The notes beneath the pieces were generated by a model. The model was not told the DNA's origin, made no database searches, and was given only the letters and a program-made list of their open reading frames with translations. A stretch of DNA of 64,000 nt from contig OZ287073.1 of the NCBI GenBank assembly GCA_965645245.1, forward strand, positions 2,046,001 through 2,110,000. The letters are read 5' to 3'. The DNA is from Massalongia carnosa. Taxonomy: Eukaryota. Numbering within the stretch: position 1 is the stretch's first letter; each line of letters opens with the position of its first letter. A program made the translations under genes and the position numbers. Positions 1-10,873 of this stretch are shown one piece after another.

Positions 1-371
1 CAGCAGAGAGCCGACCAAGCGGCCAAACAAGCAAGGGCTGAGGAGAGGAAAAACGCAGCTGCAAGAAAGGTTGCTAAGACTATGAAGCCTAGAAAGGATA
101 ATGTTTCGCAATTGAGTGATGCATTTTCAGAATTGAGATCATCGCAATGAGTGGTAGGAGTAGTAGTAATAGTAGTAGTATGAATAGATGAGGATTTTTC
201 AGAATGCGGGGCTAAGCTAAATCAGCTAGAGGAAGCTTGCGGAGAGACGGTGGACGTGCACATATTTAGTATGGGGAGGTGGCTTGTAGCTAGTCCTAAT
301 TTGCAATGATTTTCGCTGGGGGGACGGTGGGGGGGGGACTGTCCCGAGTCTTCTCGGTTTGGGGCCGCCCC
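1..371 (+). mobile_element. 3' end of a DNA transposon (probably Mutator/MULE) inserted into a gypsy pol gene
   Basis: Frame 1 reads QQRADQAAKQARAEERKNAAARK...* (stop 148-150), resembling the low-complexity MULE C-terminus at 33902-34336. Sequence ends in GC-rich CTCGGTTTGGGGCCGCCCC, after which the gypsy pol frame resumes (IELRTVLQILQ). The other end is outside the window. Confidence 0.5.
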
Positions 372-372
372 A

Positions 373-1985
373 ATAGAACTACGCACCGTTTTACAAATTC
401 TGCAAGAGCCTGATCAACTAGTGCAGAAGAAACGGCCCTCCATCGCATCGTCGATGGAAGAGGGGCGGAATTCTATAGGACGACTACATGACGCGTCGAG
501 GGATAACTCGGGGGGCAACGAAGACTCGTCAGGCTCTCAGCTCCAAGACGGGCGGGAGTCGGGGGGCGAAGTCGAAGGAGACCTAGAAAAAACCCGATGG
601 CATATGAAGGATAATATCCTATGCAGGGACAATAGGTGGTATATTCCCCCTGGTCTATTACGTGCTGAACTCTTGCGGCAGAATCATGATGATCCAAATG
701 CGGGCCACTTTGGTTATTCCAGAACGTTGGAATTGATCCAGAGGAAATATTATTGGCCCGAAATGGTCAAGGATATCAAGCATTATGTGGAAACGTGTAC
801 TCGTTGTCATCAAGTCAAATCGTCCAGACATAAGCCCTTCGGGTTATTAGAATCCCTACCCGTACCAAAAGGGCCTAGACAAAATTGGACGATGGACTTC
901 ATAGCGGATCTGCCCCCGAGTCTCCGCCGAACCGTGGCCTATGATGCGATTTTTGTCATGGTGGATCGGTATACGAAATATTCTCGATATATTCCCGCAC
1001 GAAACGACTGGAATGCTGAAATCATGGCTGACGTCCTAGTGGAAGAAATATTTACCAAATTCGGTATGCCAGTGTCTATTGTCTCGGATAGGGGTAGTTT
1101 ATTCACCTCAAAGTACTGGTCTCATTTCTGTTATCACTTGAGAACTCGACTCAGTTACAGTACAGCCTTTCATCTACAACAGATGGTCAAACCGAGAGAC
1201 AAAATCAGACACTGGAACAATATCTACGATGCTACGTCAATTATCAACAGGATGACTGGACTTACTGGTTACCCTTGGCAGAGTTCGCTTATAATAATAG
1301 CTTACATAGTGTCATAAAAATGACCCCCTTCGAAGCTATATTTGGAGAAGCGCCCAAATGGGAAGACGAAATTCTGACTGAAAAGGGGTCCGAGGTTCCT
1401 GCTGCACGCGTCATGGCCACTGACATAATGGACAAAAGAAAACACCTGGAGAAATTATTACAAACAGCTTCAAGTTCCCAGGCTAGATATTATGATCAGA
1501 AACATATTCCCAAGACGTATAATATGGGTGATACAGTCCTCCTGAACGCAAAAAATATTAAATCCACTCGTCTGTCCAAAAAACTGGACTACAAATATTA
1601 CGGGCCATACGAAATTGTCTCTCCTATAGGAAAACAGGCCTACAAACTCCAACTTTCCCCGTTATTGAAGGGCATTCATAATGTGTTCCATGTTTCCCTA
1701 TTGGAACCTTATAGATATGACCCGAACAAAATATCTGAACCACCTCTTCCCATAGAAGTAGAAGGGGAAGAACAATGGGAGGTAGAACAGGTGCTGGATA
1801 GTAGAATTCACTATGGAAAACTCCAATATCTAGTGAAATGGATAGGATTTTCTGATACGGATAATCAATGGTTATCCGTCGAAGACATGGAAGGATCACA
1901 GGAATTAATTAATTCCTATCATAATCAATATCCGGAAAAACCGTCCAGAACTCCTACGAGGAAGAAAAGAAAATCGAAGGCATGA
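373..1985 (+). pseudogene. pol: Gypsy pol C-terminus (integrase HHCC, DDE core, GPY/F, chromodomain), one frameshift near 1175
   Basis: HDDPNAGHFG...CTRC, WTMDFI, IVSDRGSLFTS; the expected AFHPQTDGQTE motif is broken; next frame gives AEFAYNN, YYGPY, HNVFHVSLL, QWEVEQVLD..YLVKWIGF. Confidence 0.92.
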
Positions 1986-2244
1986 ACCATTTCCATTGGA
2001 GTCGAATGATCCAGAATCAGACTGCTATCTACCACACCACAACCACCTTCTCACACCCCTTCACCCCCTTTTCAATCACCAAAATATCCTCCCCTGGAGG
2101 GGGTCCAACCTCTAATCCTGCCTAAAAGTGTCAAATGATTAAATTAATTCGACACTAGACCTCCCCCAAGAGATGAGCCACCGAGCAGCGGAAATTGACT
2201 GGAACGTACCCAAATTAGACCAAATTTTCCTAATAGAGCTCCAC

Positions 2245-2626
2245 CTACGGAGAACATTTATCCTTCTTCCGGCGACACTCCCCACACTTTCCCGACTCTT
2301 CGGACCACTCACAGGTGACAGGGTCGCCCCCAAGGGTCTGCTTGGCACACCGGAGGCAAACGCTTACCTCCGGGGTAGGCCCCACCCAAATGGGCGGGTG
2401 GAGGAGCGGAAAAGGGGGAGGCAGAGGGGAACCGCCACGAACCGGGGCGGAAACGGGTGGCGCGGCGGGGGGAAACCAAAACACCCAGGAAAACATGGTC
2501 CTGCGGACCAGGAGTGGTAGGGCGGCGGGGGCGAGGAGGGAGGGAAACGGCCGGGTGGGACCGCTTGGCCCGCGATGAACGGGCAGAAACCGGAACAACA
2601 CGCCGAGGTTGTTTAGACCTCGACAT
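2245..2626 (-). pseudogene. Antisense accessory ORF in the gypsy 3' region: Pro/Arg-rich N-terminus plus six-Cys Zn-cluster-like motif (frameshifted)
   Basis: ATG at 2626 (MSRSKQPRR); after a frame change CLRCAKQTLGGDPVTCEWSEESGKCGECRRKKDKC = C-x2-C-x11-C-x8-C-x2-C-x6-C. Confidence 0.5.
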
Positions 2627-3027
2627 GAGAGTTGATGATGGAGTGGTTGATGGTAAAGTGATGAAAGATTGATGAAAATATGGAGTACGGAGTTGGGTGA
2701 GGTGATGTTTAAAGAGAAAGAAACAACGAACCCTACCTGTTGTATAAAAAGAAAGAAGAGACAAAGCCCAAAAAAGTTGGCACCGCCAGCAAGGTACGCT
2801 CAACAACAACGAAGGGTTAAGACTGATGAGACGTCAACAGAACAATAAGAAAGAGTTGAGACTTGGACTCATGACAGCAAGCATGACTTCTAGACTGAAC
2901 ATGGATAACGTGTGTCTGAAGATGCTATCCCTAGTACTCGGGCAGTACCCGGAACCACATGCGATATGAAGTTATACAGAACTTTCACATCGGGCTCCTG
3001 AGGACATGAGCCCTAGAAGGAGGGTAA

Positions 3028-3247
3028 TGTCAGGTCACGCACGTCCTGACATAAGCGAATCGGTAGTTATAACCGATCTCCGATCTCTGACTAGGACACG
3101 GCTCGTGTTCGTAATCTTCTTTTCATTGTACCAATCATAATCACTGTAATTAAATCAACGGACTGGTGACCCTAAGGAGTGGGGCTATAGGATAAAGACC
3201 TGATCGCCCACTTCTTTCGAGGGGTCACTGATCAATTTATTGATTTA
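3028..3247 (+). repeat. Gypsy 3' LTR, truncated by copia
   Basis: Starts TGT right after the PPT; no terminal ACA before the copia LTR. Confidence 0.75.
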
Positions 3248-3478
3248 TGTCAACCTTTCACATGAATTCAGGAAGGATGAAAAAGGCTGTATTCTGTATG
3301 TGGGAAATGCCCACATCTAGCTACCTATATAGAAGGGAAAAGGGGTCATGGCAGCAACGATATTAACCCCGGCAAATTGAGGGGTAAAGGTGTGGAAGAA
3401 ATGGCGTAGCTTAGCGGCATCTGCCGCGACAGGGGGTCGAGGATCGGCGATGAGAATCGACCACATTCAGGTTTGACA
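3248..3478 (-). repeat. Copia 3' LTR (231 bp)
   Basis: Direct repeat of 8849-9080 with one substitution and one 1-bp indel. Confidence 0.96.
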
Positions 3479-3644
3479 CACCCCCCCAGGATGCGAAGCA
3501 TCCTGACCAAAAGAAGAAAACATGAAGCAATTCCCATTCGAGAAAAAGGTGCAATTCTTGCAAAATCAAAATGAGATGCCAGTGAAAAGAAATTTCTGCC
3601 CGCCGAGAGGAATTCCGCCCGGTTCACTCCCGCCTGCCCCATTC

Positions 3645-6600
3645 CTAAATCAGACACTTGATATCAATAAGGCCTAGCATTTCCAGAAAGGAACGATGCT
3701 TTTGCGGAGGCAAGGGCTTGGTGAGACCATCTGCCGTCATCCGGTTGGTCTGTAGATAACCCACATTGAGATGACCAAATTGAACGCTCTGTCTCAACCA
3801 CAACTGAGCGATGTCTACATGCAGAAGTTTGGTGGTAACTTTGGGCTGTTCCGACGTCAGAATGCGGATGGTCTGCATGTTATCATTGTAGATTTTGACC
3901 GAATGGTCGTAGTCGAATCCCAGCTTGCCAAAGAAATTAATCCACCAGATGCATGCCTTGCCGGCATGGAGAAGGGCAAGCAATTCTGCCTCTGTCGTCG
4001 AAGTTGAGACGGTCGCCTGCTTCCTGGCAGCCCAGTCGATCATGCCGCCATACAGCTTGAATGTGAAACCCTCGTAGCTGCGTCGCTCGGGACTATTTGC
4101 AAAGCTGGCATCGGCAGTGTTTTCGAAGACATGCTTTGCCGAGAGCTGATCATCATCCGGAGACTGCACGGTAAGCTCGCCACCTCCCGAGGGTGAGTAT
4201 TTTATCGCCAGATACTTAGTCGCGTGTAGATATTGCAGGCAGTGATTTGCCGCGTCTAGATGCTCCAGACCGGGACAGGTGAGATGCTCTGCCAATTTGG
4301 AGGCAGCTTTGGCAACGTCCGGCCGAGTGATATTCGCGGGATAGCAGATCGATCCTACCTTTTTACGATATTCCTGCCTCAGGGATTGGTCGACTGACCG
4401 AGGCGAGTCCGAGTCTGGGCTAGCTGCCGAGGCAGAGGTGAATGCGATGAAGTCTGACGGTAGCGGGGATGACGGAGATTTAGACGTGTCTATCTCGTAT
4501 TCAATTGCCAACTTGTCCATGTAGGAGTCTTGGCAAAGATAAATGTCGCCAGCATTTCGAACAATCCGTACACCGAGAAAGAAGCTCAATTGGCCCATGT
4601 CGCGTAATTCAAATCGAGCATTCAACTTCTGAATCAGCAGATCTACGTCTGCAGCTCTACTTTCCGGAAAGATGATGACTATGTCATCCACATAGAAAAA
4701 GAGGATGATGCCAGAGTAGTCGGTAAAAAGGCAGGGCTCGCCAGGGATCTGCTGCATGTCCAATGAGGTGAGTGCTTTGGAAAATTCTCGTAGCCATAGT
4801 AGAGGCGATTTTCGAAGCCCGTACAAAGCCCGGACCAGGAGCAAGCATTTCCCCTCGATGACGAAACCATCTGGCATATACACGTGGATGACCCTATCGG
4901 CTTTGGCATTTAGGAAGGCATTGATCGCGTCAAACTGCCTTGTCCTGAGTCCGAAAGCAGACGTCAGGGCCATGAGGCACCTGAAGATCTTAATTGCCAG
5001 CGTAGAGGCGTATACATCTTCTGCCGAGACTTCTTCCAAATCCCCTCGGACTACCAGGCGTGCCTTGTATTTTACTAGAAAGCCATCCGGGTCGAACTTG
5101 TATGTAAATACCCACATTAGTGGAAGCGGCTTCTGATTGGAAGTTTTGGGAATGACGACGAAGGTGTCCATTCTGAGAAGAGCCTGATATTCAAATTCGG
5201 CTGCTTTGCGAAATCCTTCTGCATGGGGATGTCGAAGCATACCTCGCCACTGCTTCGGCGGCGGCGGCAGGCTGTCCCTATGCAATCTGGTCGACCTAGT
5301 GGTCACTGCAAATGCCAAATAAACTTCCTTCATCCCGTCATCCAATCCCGAGTTTGTATTCCCTAGTGGTTCCGAAGCGATGCCGAGTGGTCTGATGCCG
5401 AGAGGTGCTGCGAGATTTGCGAATTTCTGCTTCGGTTTTCTGACTCGTTTTCCTTCGACGATATTGCTGACATCCAATTTGGCAGATCCGATATTCCTAC
5501 TGGGACCGGTGCCAAAAGATTCGGCAATGCCGAGAGGCGTCCGGCCGGTTTCTGGCAGATCAGTCGGTAGATCTATGCTACTCGGAAGACTGTCTTTTAC
5601 CACCCGTTTGTCGCGAGATGTTGACGAAGAAGATGTAGGTGCAGGTGCTGAAGTCGATGGAGGCGGAGTGCTCTCGGGAGTCGGAAGATGCTGCTGACTC
5701 GGTGAATGTCTCGGCATGATAGGGACGTCTTTCGCAGTCAACGACGCGGGCACATCCAGTGCGGACGAATTTTCAACCGACGAAGAAGGATCAGCAAATG
5801 ACCGATTGCGCACAGATGTCGCCAGCCATTGCTCCTCATTTTCTGCCAAATCAACAATGTAGGGAGCAGCATCGAAAACTTCCAGCTCTACAAACTCGGC
5901 CACCTTCTCTTCGGGAATCAGATCCTTTTTGACGTATGTGGAGAAGGTTTGATCCTCATCAAAGATAACATCTCTATATCCGCTGACCGACCAGGTCTCG
6001 GGATTCCAGACTCGATAAATGTTTGTAGAATCGTATCCGACCAGATAGCCAACAAATGCTCGAGGGGCTAGTTTCTCACTTTTTGGCGGGGCATCTTTAC
6101 CTTTCAAAAGGGGATATGCCTTGCACCCAAAGACCTTGAGATGACCAATTTCGGAATTGTATGGCTTCTTCAGGGCTCGGTGCAGGGAGATGTGAGGCGA
6201 TTTCCAATCTAGTCCTTTTGTCGGCGTCCTATTTAGCAAGTGTCCAGCAGCGAGATAGCACTCGGGATACAGATCTTCTGGCAAATCGGCGCCGATGCGA
6301 ATGCATCTAGCCTTCTGAGTCAAAAGGCTTCCTGCCCTCTCAGCCGACCCATTCTGCTCCTTAGTATGCTTTGCGGACCATTCAAACGCGATTCCCTGTT
6401 CCTTGACGAAGTCCTGAATGACGTCTCCAACCGACGTTTCCTGATCCATTCGAAAGGTCTGAACGAAAAGACCGAATTCGGCTCCGAGTCGATCGCACCG
6501 ATTTATGACATGCTTGACAATCCTAAGTAGTGTCTCCTGCTTATGATCTTGCAGGGGGAAGACCCAATGAAACGAGGTGAAATCATCCTGAAAATGAGCG

Positions 6601-8708
6601 ACGCAGGTGGTCCCATCGAAAGCAGTCCTTTTCAAAATAATGAGGTCAAAATGAAGACGCTGGAATGGTTTAGTGGCTTTAGTAGCCGAGACCCTTGATA
6701 CTAGTGTATGCATTTTTGACAATGCGCACGTCTCACATTTCACTGTCTTTGGAGCATCTTGACCACTGTTACCTCTTGAAATCTCAATCATCTTCTGATT
6801 CGACAACTGGTTAATGACTTCCGGTTGGCAATGTCCTAGGCGGAGATGAAATTTCCATGGCGTGCCTTTTGGGATGGCATCTGCCGAGACTCGGGAACCG
6901 ACGAAATTTGCGAAAGCACCAGCGTGGCCAACGGGACGATACTCGGCAGTGTAGAGACCGAAATGCTCTTCCAATTCGAAGATTGAAATACCCTTCTTCT
7001 CGACCGTGTCCGTATGCATGTTCCACAGAAATCCATCCTTTTTCAGCTTGCTGACCGAAATCAAAGTCACCGATGAGTCGGGAACGTATGCTGTGTGTCG
7101 AAAATGCAGAGGCTGATTCTTCCCTTTTAGTGTCCCATTCACCAACATTGTCCCAAAACCTTCAATAAGGAGATCTCCGTCGGGAGTCGAGACCCACTCG
7201 TATGCCGGGATGATTTCGTCAATAAAACGGGATTTGTCCCAGGTCAGATGATTGGAGCATCCCGAGTCGTAGGAGACGCTGAGATGAAGCAGATTGTCGC
7301 GATCCGAGATAGTATTTCCAAAAGAGACTGGAGCATTCTCGACAACAGGGAGCTCGGCGGGAGCATTGCCATTGCCTCGGCCACGACCTCCATCTCCGCG
7401 ACCCCCTCGACCTCCACCTCTTCCTCGATATCGAGGTTTCAAAGGTTCATCAGGCTCGGAGATGCCGTTGAGAATGTCGGATGTAGCGGCGCGTTTGACA
7501 TACCAATAAAGCTTGGAATTGGACCCGATTTTTTGTCGGATGTGGTCGCGTATCTCCTTATTGAATTTCCATCCCGAGATTCTAGACTCGACTGTCAAAT
7601 AAGGGCATCTTTTCCAGGAGTGAGTTTCGCCGCAAAGGCATTCGCTATTGCCGTACTTGCTATCGTCAGAAGTGGAATTTCCCTGATCGGAAGAAGACTG
7701 TCCTTGCAGAGAAGCGGAATTCGCCGAGAGCTGCTGACGACGACCAGTGCTGATTGCATTTTCTTCTATCTCGGTCCGATACTCATTGGCGGCCTCGAAG
7801 AATTTAAGGGGACGACCTGATACATTTCGTATCTTGATCCAGGTGTCGCAAAAGAATGGTGCCCATATCCGAGCGGCTTTCAGAAAGTGCTGAGTGTAGA
7901 TATACTCACTATAGATGGGTTCAACTTTCAAAGCAACGATTTCTTCCCTCAGCGTTTCCCATTGGCAGATCCAAGATTCGATCTTCCCTTTCACCGGGTG
8001 AGAATTTCTCAACTCGTCGTATTGGCGATCGATCTGCCTTTGAACTTCGTCCGGACTCTTTTTGAATTTATGGGCCAGGGACTGAAGAATTTCTCGAACC
8101 GAGGATGATCTGACATTCCTGGCGACATAATCTTTAGCCGACTCTAGGATGACCGTATGAACCTTCTCAATTCCCATGGCTGCGGCCCTGGCATCTGCCT
8201 GAAGCCCTCGATGTGACCGTTCATCTGCATTGTACGACTCCTTCTGTGATTCCGAGAGATCGGCATACCGAGAACATGGGTCGGGAATCAGGACCGGCGG
8301 GCCATTTAAATCGCCGAGAACTGTCCCTTGAGAAGAACCTTGAGAAGCGACAATAGCAGGCGTAGGGATATTGGTAGAGTCAGTGCCAGGCGTATTAACC
8401 GGGACGACTTTGACGTAATCACTGAATTTGGGAAATTTGGGAATGGTAGGTTCCGATTCTGATCCTTCCGGATCGACGTACTCCCATACCTGAGATCGTA
8501 CTGCGATACCCTTGATTTCCGACAACCAGGAATTGTAGGTCCTAGGCGTCAGAGCCGAGACGATGAGTTTCCGAGACGATCCCGACGAGTAGTCTTCCAT
8601 TTGGGATAACCGACCAAAGATGGAGACAGATGGGAAAAACAGGGAAACGACCAAAAAGGCAAAGGAAAACAGAAGCACGAGGAATAAATCAACTCTGCGA
8701 TGCTCCAT
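3645..8708 (-). CDS. pol: Copia Gag-Pol polyprotein (Gag, protease, integrase, RT, RNase H); true start may be the ATG at 8600
   Basis: 1687-aa open frame: CLCGETHSWKRC knuckle, YDSGCSNH protease, HLRLGH..CETC, QNGSAER, YKARLVVRG, LYGLRKSP, FYVDD, ADASFA, STTEAE, ADGLTKPL; integrase precedes RT as in copia. Confidence 0.97.
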   Translation of the reverse strand: MEHRRVDLFLVLLFSFAFLVVSLFFPSVSIFGRLSQMEDYSSGSSRKLIVSALTPRTYNSWLSEIKGIAVRSQVWEYVDPEGSESEPTIPKFPKFSDYVKVVPVNTPGTDSTNIPTPAIVASQGSSQGTVLGDLNGPPVLIPDPCSRYADLSESQKESYNADERSHRGLQADARAAAMGIEKVHTVILESAKDYVARNVRSSSVREILQSLAHKFKKSPDEVQRQIDRQYDELRNSHPVKGKIESWICQWETLREEIVALKVEPIYSEYIYTQHFLKAARIWAPFFCDTWIKIRNVSGRPLKFFEAANEYRTEIEENAISTGRRQQLSANSASLQGQSSSDQGNSTSDDSKYGNSECLCGETHSWKRCPYLTVESRISGWKFNKEIRDHIRQKIGSNSKLYWYVKRAATSDILNGISEPDEPLKPRYRGRGGGRGGRGDGGRGRGNGNAPAELPVVENAPVSFGNTISDRDNLLHLSVSYDSGCSNHLTWDKSRFIDEIIPAYEWVSTPDGDLLIEGFGTMLVNGTLKGKNQPLHFRHTAYVPDSSVTLISVSKLKKDGFLWNMHTDTVEKKGISIFELEEHFGLYTAEYRPVGHAGAFANFVGSRVSADAIPKGTPWKFHLRLGHCQPEVINQLSNQKMIEISRGNSGQDAPKTVKCETCALSKMHTLVSRVSATKATKPFQRLHFDLIILKRTAFDGTTCVAHFQDDFTSFHWVFPLQDHKQETLLRIVKHVINRCDRLGAEFGLFVQTFRMDQETSVGDVIQDFVKEQGIAFEWSAKHTKEQNGSAERAGSLLTQKARCIRIGADLPEDLYPECYLAAGHLLNRTPTKGLDWKSPHISLHRALKKPYNSEIGHLKVFGCKAYPLLKGKDAPPKSEKLAPRAFVGYLVGYDSTNIYRVWNPETWSVSGYRDVIFDEDQTFSTYVKKDLIPEEKVAEFVELEVFDAAPYIVDLAENEEQWLATSVRNRSFADPSSSVENSSALDVPASLTAKDVPIMPRHSPSQQHLPTPESTPPPSTSAPAPTSSSSTSRDKRVVKDSLPSSIDLPTDLPETGRTPLGIAESFGTGPSRNIGSAKLDVSNIVEGKRVRKPKQKFANLAAPLGIRPLGIASEPLGNTNSGLDDGMKEVYLAFAVTTRSTRLHRDSLPPPPKQWRGMLRHPHAEGFRKAAEFEYQALLRMDTFVVIPKTSNQKPLPLMWVFTYKFDPDGFLVKYKARLVVRGDLEEVSAEDVYASTLAIKIFRCLMALTSAFGLRTRQFDAINAFLNAKADRVIHVYMPDGFVIEGKCLLLVRALYGLRKSPLLWLREFSKALTSLDMQQIPGEPCLFTDYSGIILFFYVDDIVIIFPESRAADVDLLIQKLNARFELRDMGQLSFFLGVRIVRNAGDIYLCQDSYMDKLAIEYEIDTSKSPSSPLPSDFIAFTSASAASPDSDSPRSVDQSLRQEYRKKVGSICYPANITRPDVAKAASKLAEHLTCPGLEHLDAANHCLQYLHATKYLAIKYSPSGGGELTVQSPDDDQLSAKHVFENTADASFANSPERRSYEGFTFKLYGGMIDWAARKQATVSTSTTEAELLALLHAGKACIWWINFFGKLGFDYDHSVKIYNDNMQTIRILTSEQPKVTTKLLHVDIAQLWLRQSVQFGHLNVGYLQTNRMTADGLTKPLPPQKHRSFLEMLGLIDIKCLI

Positions 8709-8848
8709 GAGAGATACGATAATTCCGGCGGCGATACTCAGCCTGCCTAGGATATTTCGGGGTCGATGAAGGCAGCGATAAATCAGCTTACCAATAACTA
8801 AAGTTAAGACGGAGGCAGCGAAAAATTCAGCTAACCCGGGCTCATAAC

Positions 8849-9080
8849 TGTCAACCTTTCACATGAATTCAGGAAGGATGGAAAAAGGCTGTATTCTGTA
8901 TGTGGGAAATGCCCACATCTAGCTACCTATATAGAAGGGAAAAGGGGTCATGGCAGCAACGATATCAACCCCGGCAAATTGAGGGGTAAAGGTGTGGAAG
9001 AAATGGCGTAGCTTAGCGGCATCTGCCGCGACAGGGGGTCGAGGATCGGCGATGAGAATCGACCACATTCAGGTTTGACA
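8849..9080 (-). repeat. Copia 5' LTR (232 bp)
   Basis: Direct repeat of 3248-3478, adjacent to the PBS. Confidence 0.96.
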
Positions 9081-9510
9081 CAGAGACATCGAGAAAAGCC
9101 CTGCTCAGGCCATCAACAAAACACGTCCATAGTACTCTTCCCATCCACCCATACACTCACAAAAGCTACGTTTCGAGAGATGGTTATGGGTTTAATGAGG
9201 CTACAAAGCAGGACAACAAAAGACATAAGAAGGAACTACGTGCTCAGGGAAAATGGAGTCAGAGGGAGCTAGATTCGTTCCGCAAGGGGAGCGAATCGGA
9301 CACAGCTGGATGAATCACTTCGCAAGGGGAGTGATAAAAGCTGGATAGTTTCAATTTTGGAGGCGAAAGGGGAGCCACGCTCGAAGGGGAGTGTTGGAAT
9401 ACTCGCTTAGCCCCATTAGTTCTAGCTCTGCCCTGCAGGCTGCCATGACTGCTATAAGCAGTCACCTCCGTAGTAATTTCAACATTATGCCGTCAACTGT
9501 TTATTTAACA
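9081..9510 (+). mobile_element. 3' remnant of another LTR element with a very short (119 bp) LTR at 9392-9510, inserted in LINE ORF1
   Basis: PPT GAAGGGGAG then TGTTGGAAT...ATTTAACA; the LINE ORF1 frame (TGYKRTITWAERAA) starts immediately after 9510. Confidence 0.65.
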
Positions 9511-9511
9511 T

Positions 9512-10873
9512 ACTGGCTACAAGAGGACGATAACCTGGGCAGAACGGGCAGCCTTTGCTGCCTCGGCCCCAACGATCTCTACGCTTTCGGGGACGTCCAT
9601 CCCCGCTCCTATACTAGAAGAGAAAGCTCGTGAAATCGTCGTCAAACTGAACAACGAAGCCATAGCAAAGGATCTGGCCAAACTGGCCTCCTCAGCGCTC
9701 AAAGACAGAATCAACGCGGCAATATCTAACGCGTTAAAGGATCATAACAACACGAGAATTCCGACCAATCAAAACGCTCCCGCCCCCCCTATTTCCAATG
9801 GCACAGCCAAGGCAGCAGCCGTAGCAATAGCAGCAAGGGTCCTCCCTAGCGGAGACCTACAGGTAATAGTCAACAACGCCTCAGACACGGAACGCCTAAG
9901 AAAAGACACCCGATGGGCCATCAGGCTATCGAGCAAAGCTACTATAATACAGCCAAGCTTCGGCTTAATCGCGCACTTTGTACCGGCTAATCTAAGCATG
10001 ACAGACATCAAGGAACGCCTCTGGGAGGAAAATAAGTCACATATGCCCGTTAGGAATAGGGTAACAGGAGTAGAATGGTTGTCCCGCACGAGTAAGGCAG
10101 GAGCAACAGCTAGATCCATGGTGGTATACTTTGAGAACAAATTAGACTGCAATGCCATTTTGGCCTCGCAGCTATATTTAGATGGGAGATCTTTCGCGGT
10201 GGAAAGACATGTTCCGGAGGCCAGGCTTAGGCAATGTTTCCGGTGCGGTAAGTATGGTCACACGAGCCATGCTTGCCGACAGAAGCATCAAACATGCTTC
10301 AAATGTTCCTAAAGTCACCATATGACCGATTGCAAATCGGTCACTCTCAAATGCAATGCGTGTGGCAAGGAGGGCCACGGGGCAAGCGCAGAGTCTTGCC
10401 CGGAGCGAAAGAAGGAAAAGGCCCGAATGAAGCGGGCCAAAGAAGAAGCTCTCCCCTTCTGGCCTCTCAGGGCCTCCTCAAGGGAGACCCTAAATGGTCA
10501 GGAACAAGAACGGAGCAGTCCGCCGGCATCGACCACGCCGACGGTCACGACAAGCAGTGAGGTGACCCCAGCCTCAACCCAGGTGGAACAGGGCCCTCGA
10601 ACGGGCTCTGTACGAGAGAAAGATTGGCAAACCGTGCCAACTCTCCGCAAGGGGAAGAAGCGGGCGCATGGGGAGGTAGAGCCCCTGGCAGACAACCCCA
10701 GTTCTACCAACAGGAGCATGGCACAAGCAGCTTCTAAGAAGGGAAAGAAGAAACCCTCCTCGAAGGCTGTGGAAGTCTTGAGCGATAAGGAGAACGACGA
10801 TAGTTCTTCAATGACCACCAGATCGGCAACCCGTCGCTTGCAGCCCAGTACTCAGACAGAAGAGGAACTATGA
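9512..10873 (+). pseudogene. LINE ORF1 (Gag-like, three Cys/His knuckles), N-terminus lost, premature TAA at 10310-10312
   Basis: VLPSGDL motif, CFRCGKYGHTSHAC, CFKCS*SHHMTDC, CNACGKEGH; ORFs 9998-10312 and 10322-10873 share one frame. Confidence 0.88.

Larger units (their letters stand above)
372..3247 (+). mobile_element. 3' part of a Ty3/gypsy chromovirus (integrase-chromodomain, 1-kb 3' region, PPT, truncated 3' LTR)
   Basis: Integrase and chromodomain motifs; polypurine tract AGAAGGAGGGTAA 3015-3027 followed by TGTCAGG at 3028; LTR cut by copia at 3248. Confidence 0.9.
3248..9080 (-). mobile_element. Full-length Ty1/copia LTR retrotransposon (half-tRNA primed, Ty5/copia type)
   Basis: Near-identical LTRs 3248-3478 and 8849-9080 (TGTCAA...TTGACA); minus-strand PBS GTTATGAGCCC at 8838-8848; G-rich PPT 3479-3490; one intact polyprotein. 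Confidence 0.97.
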
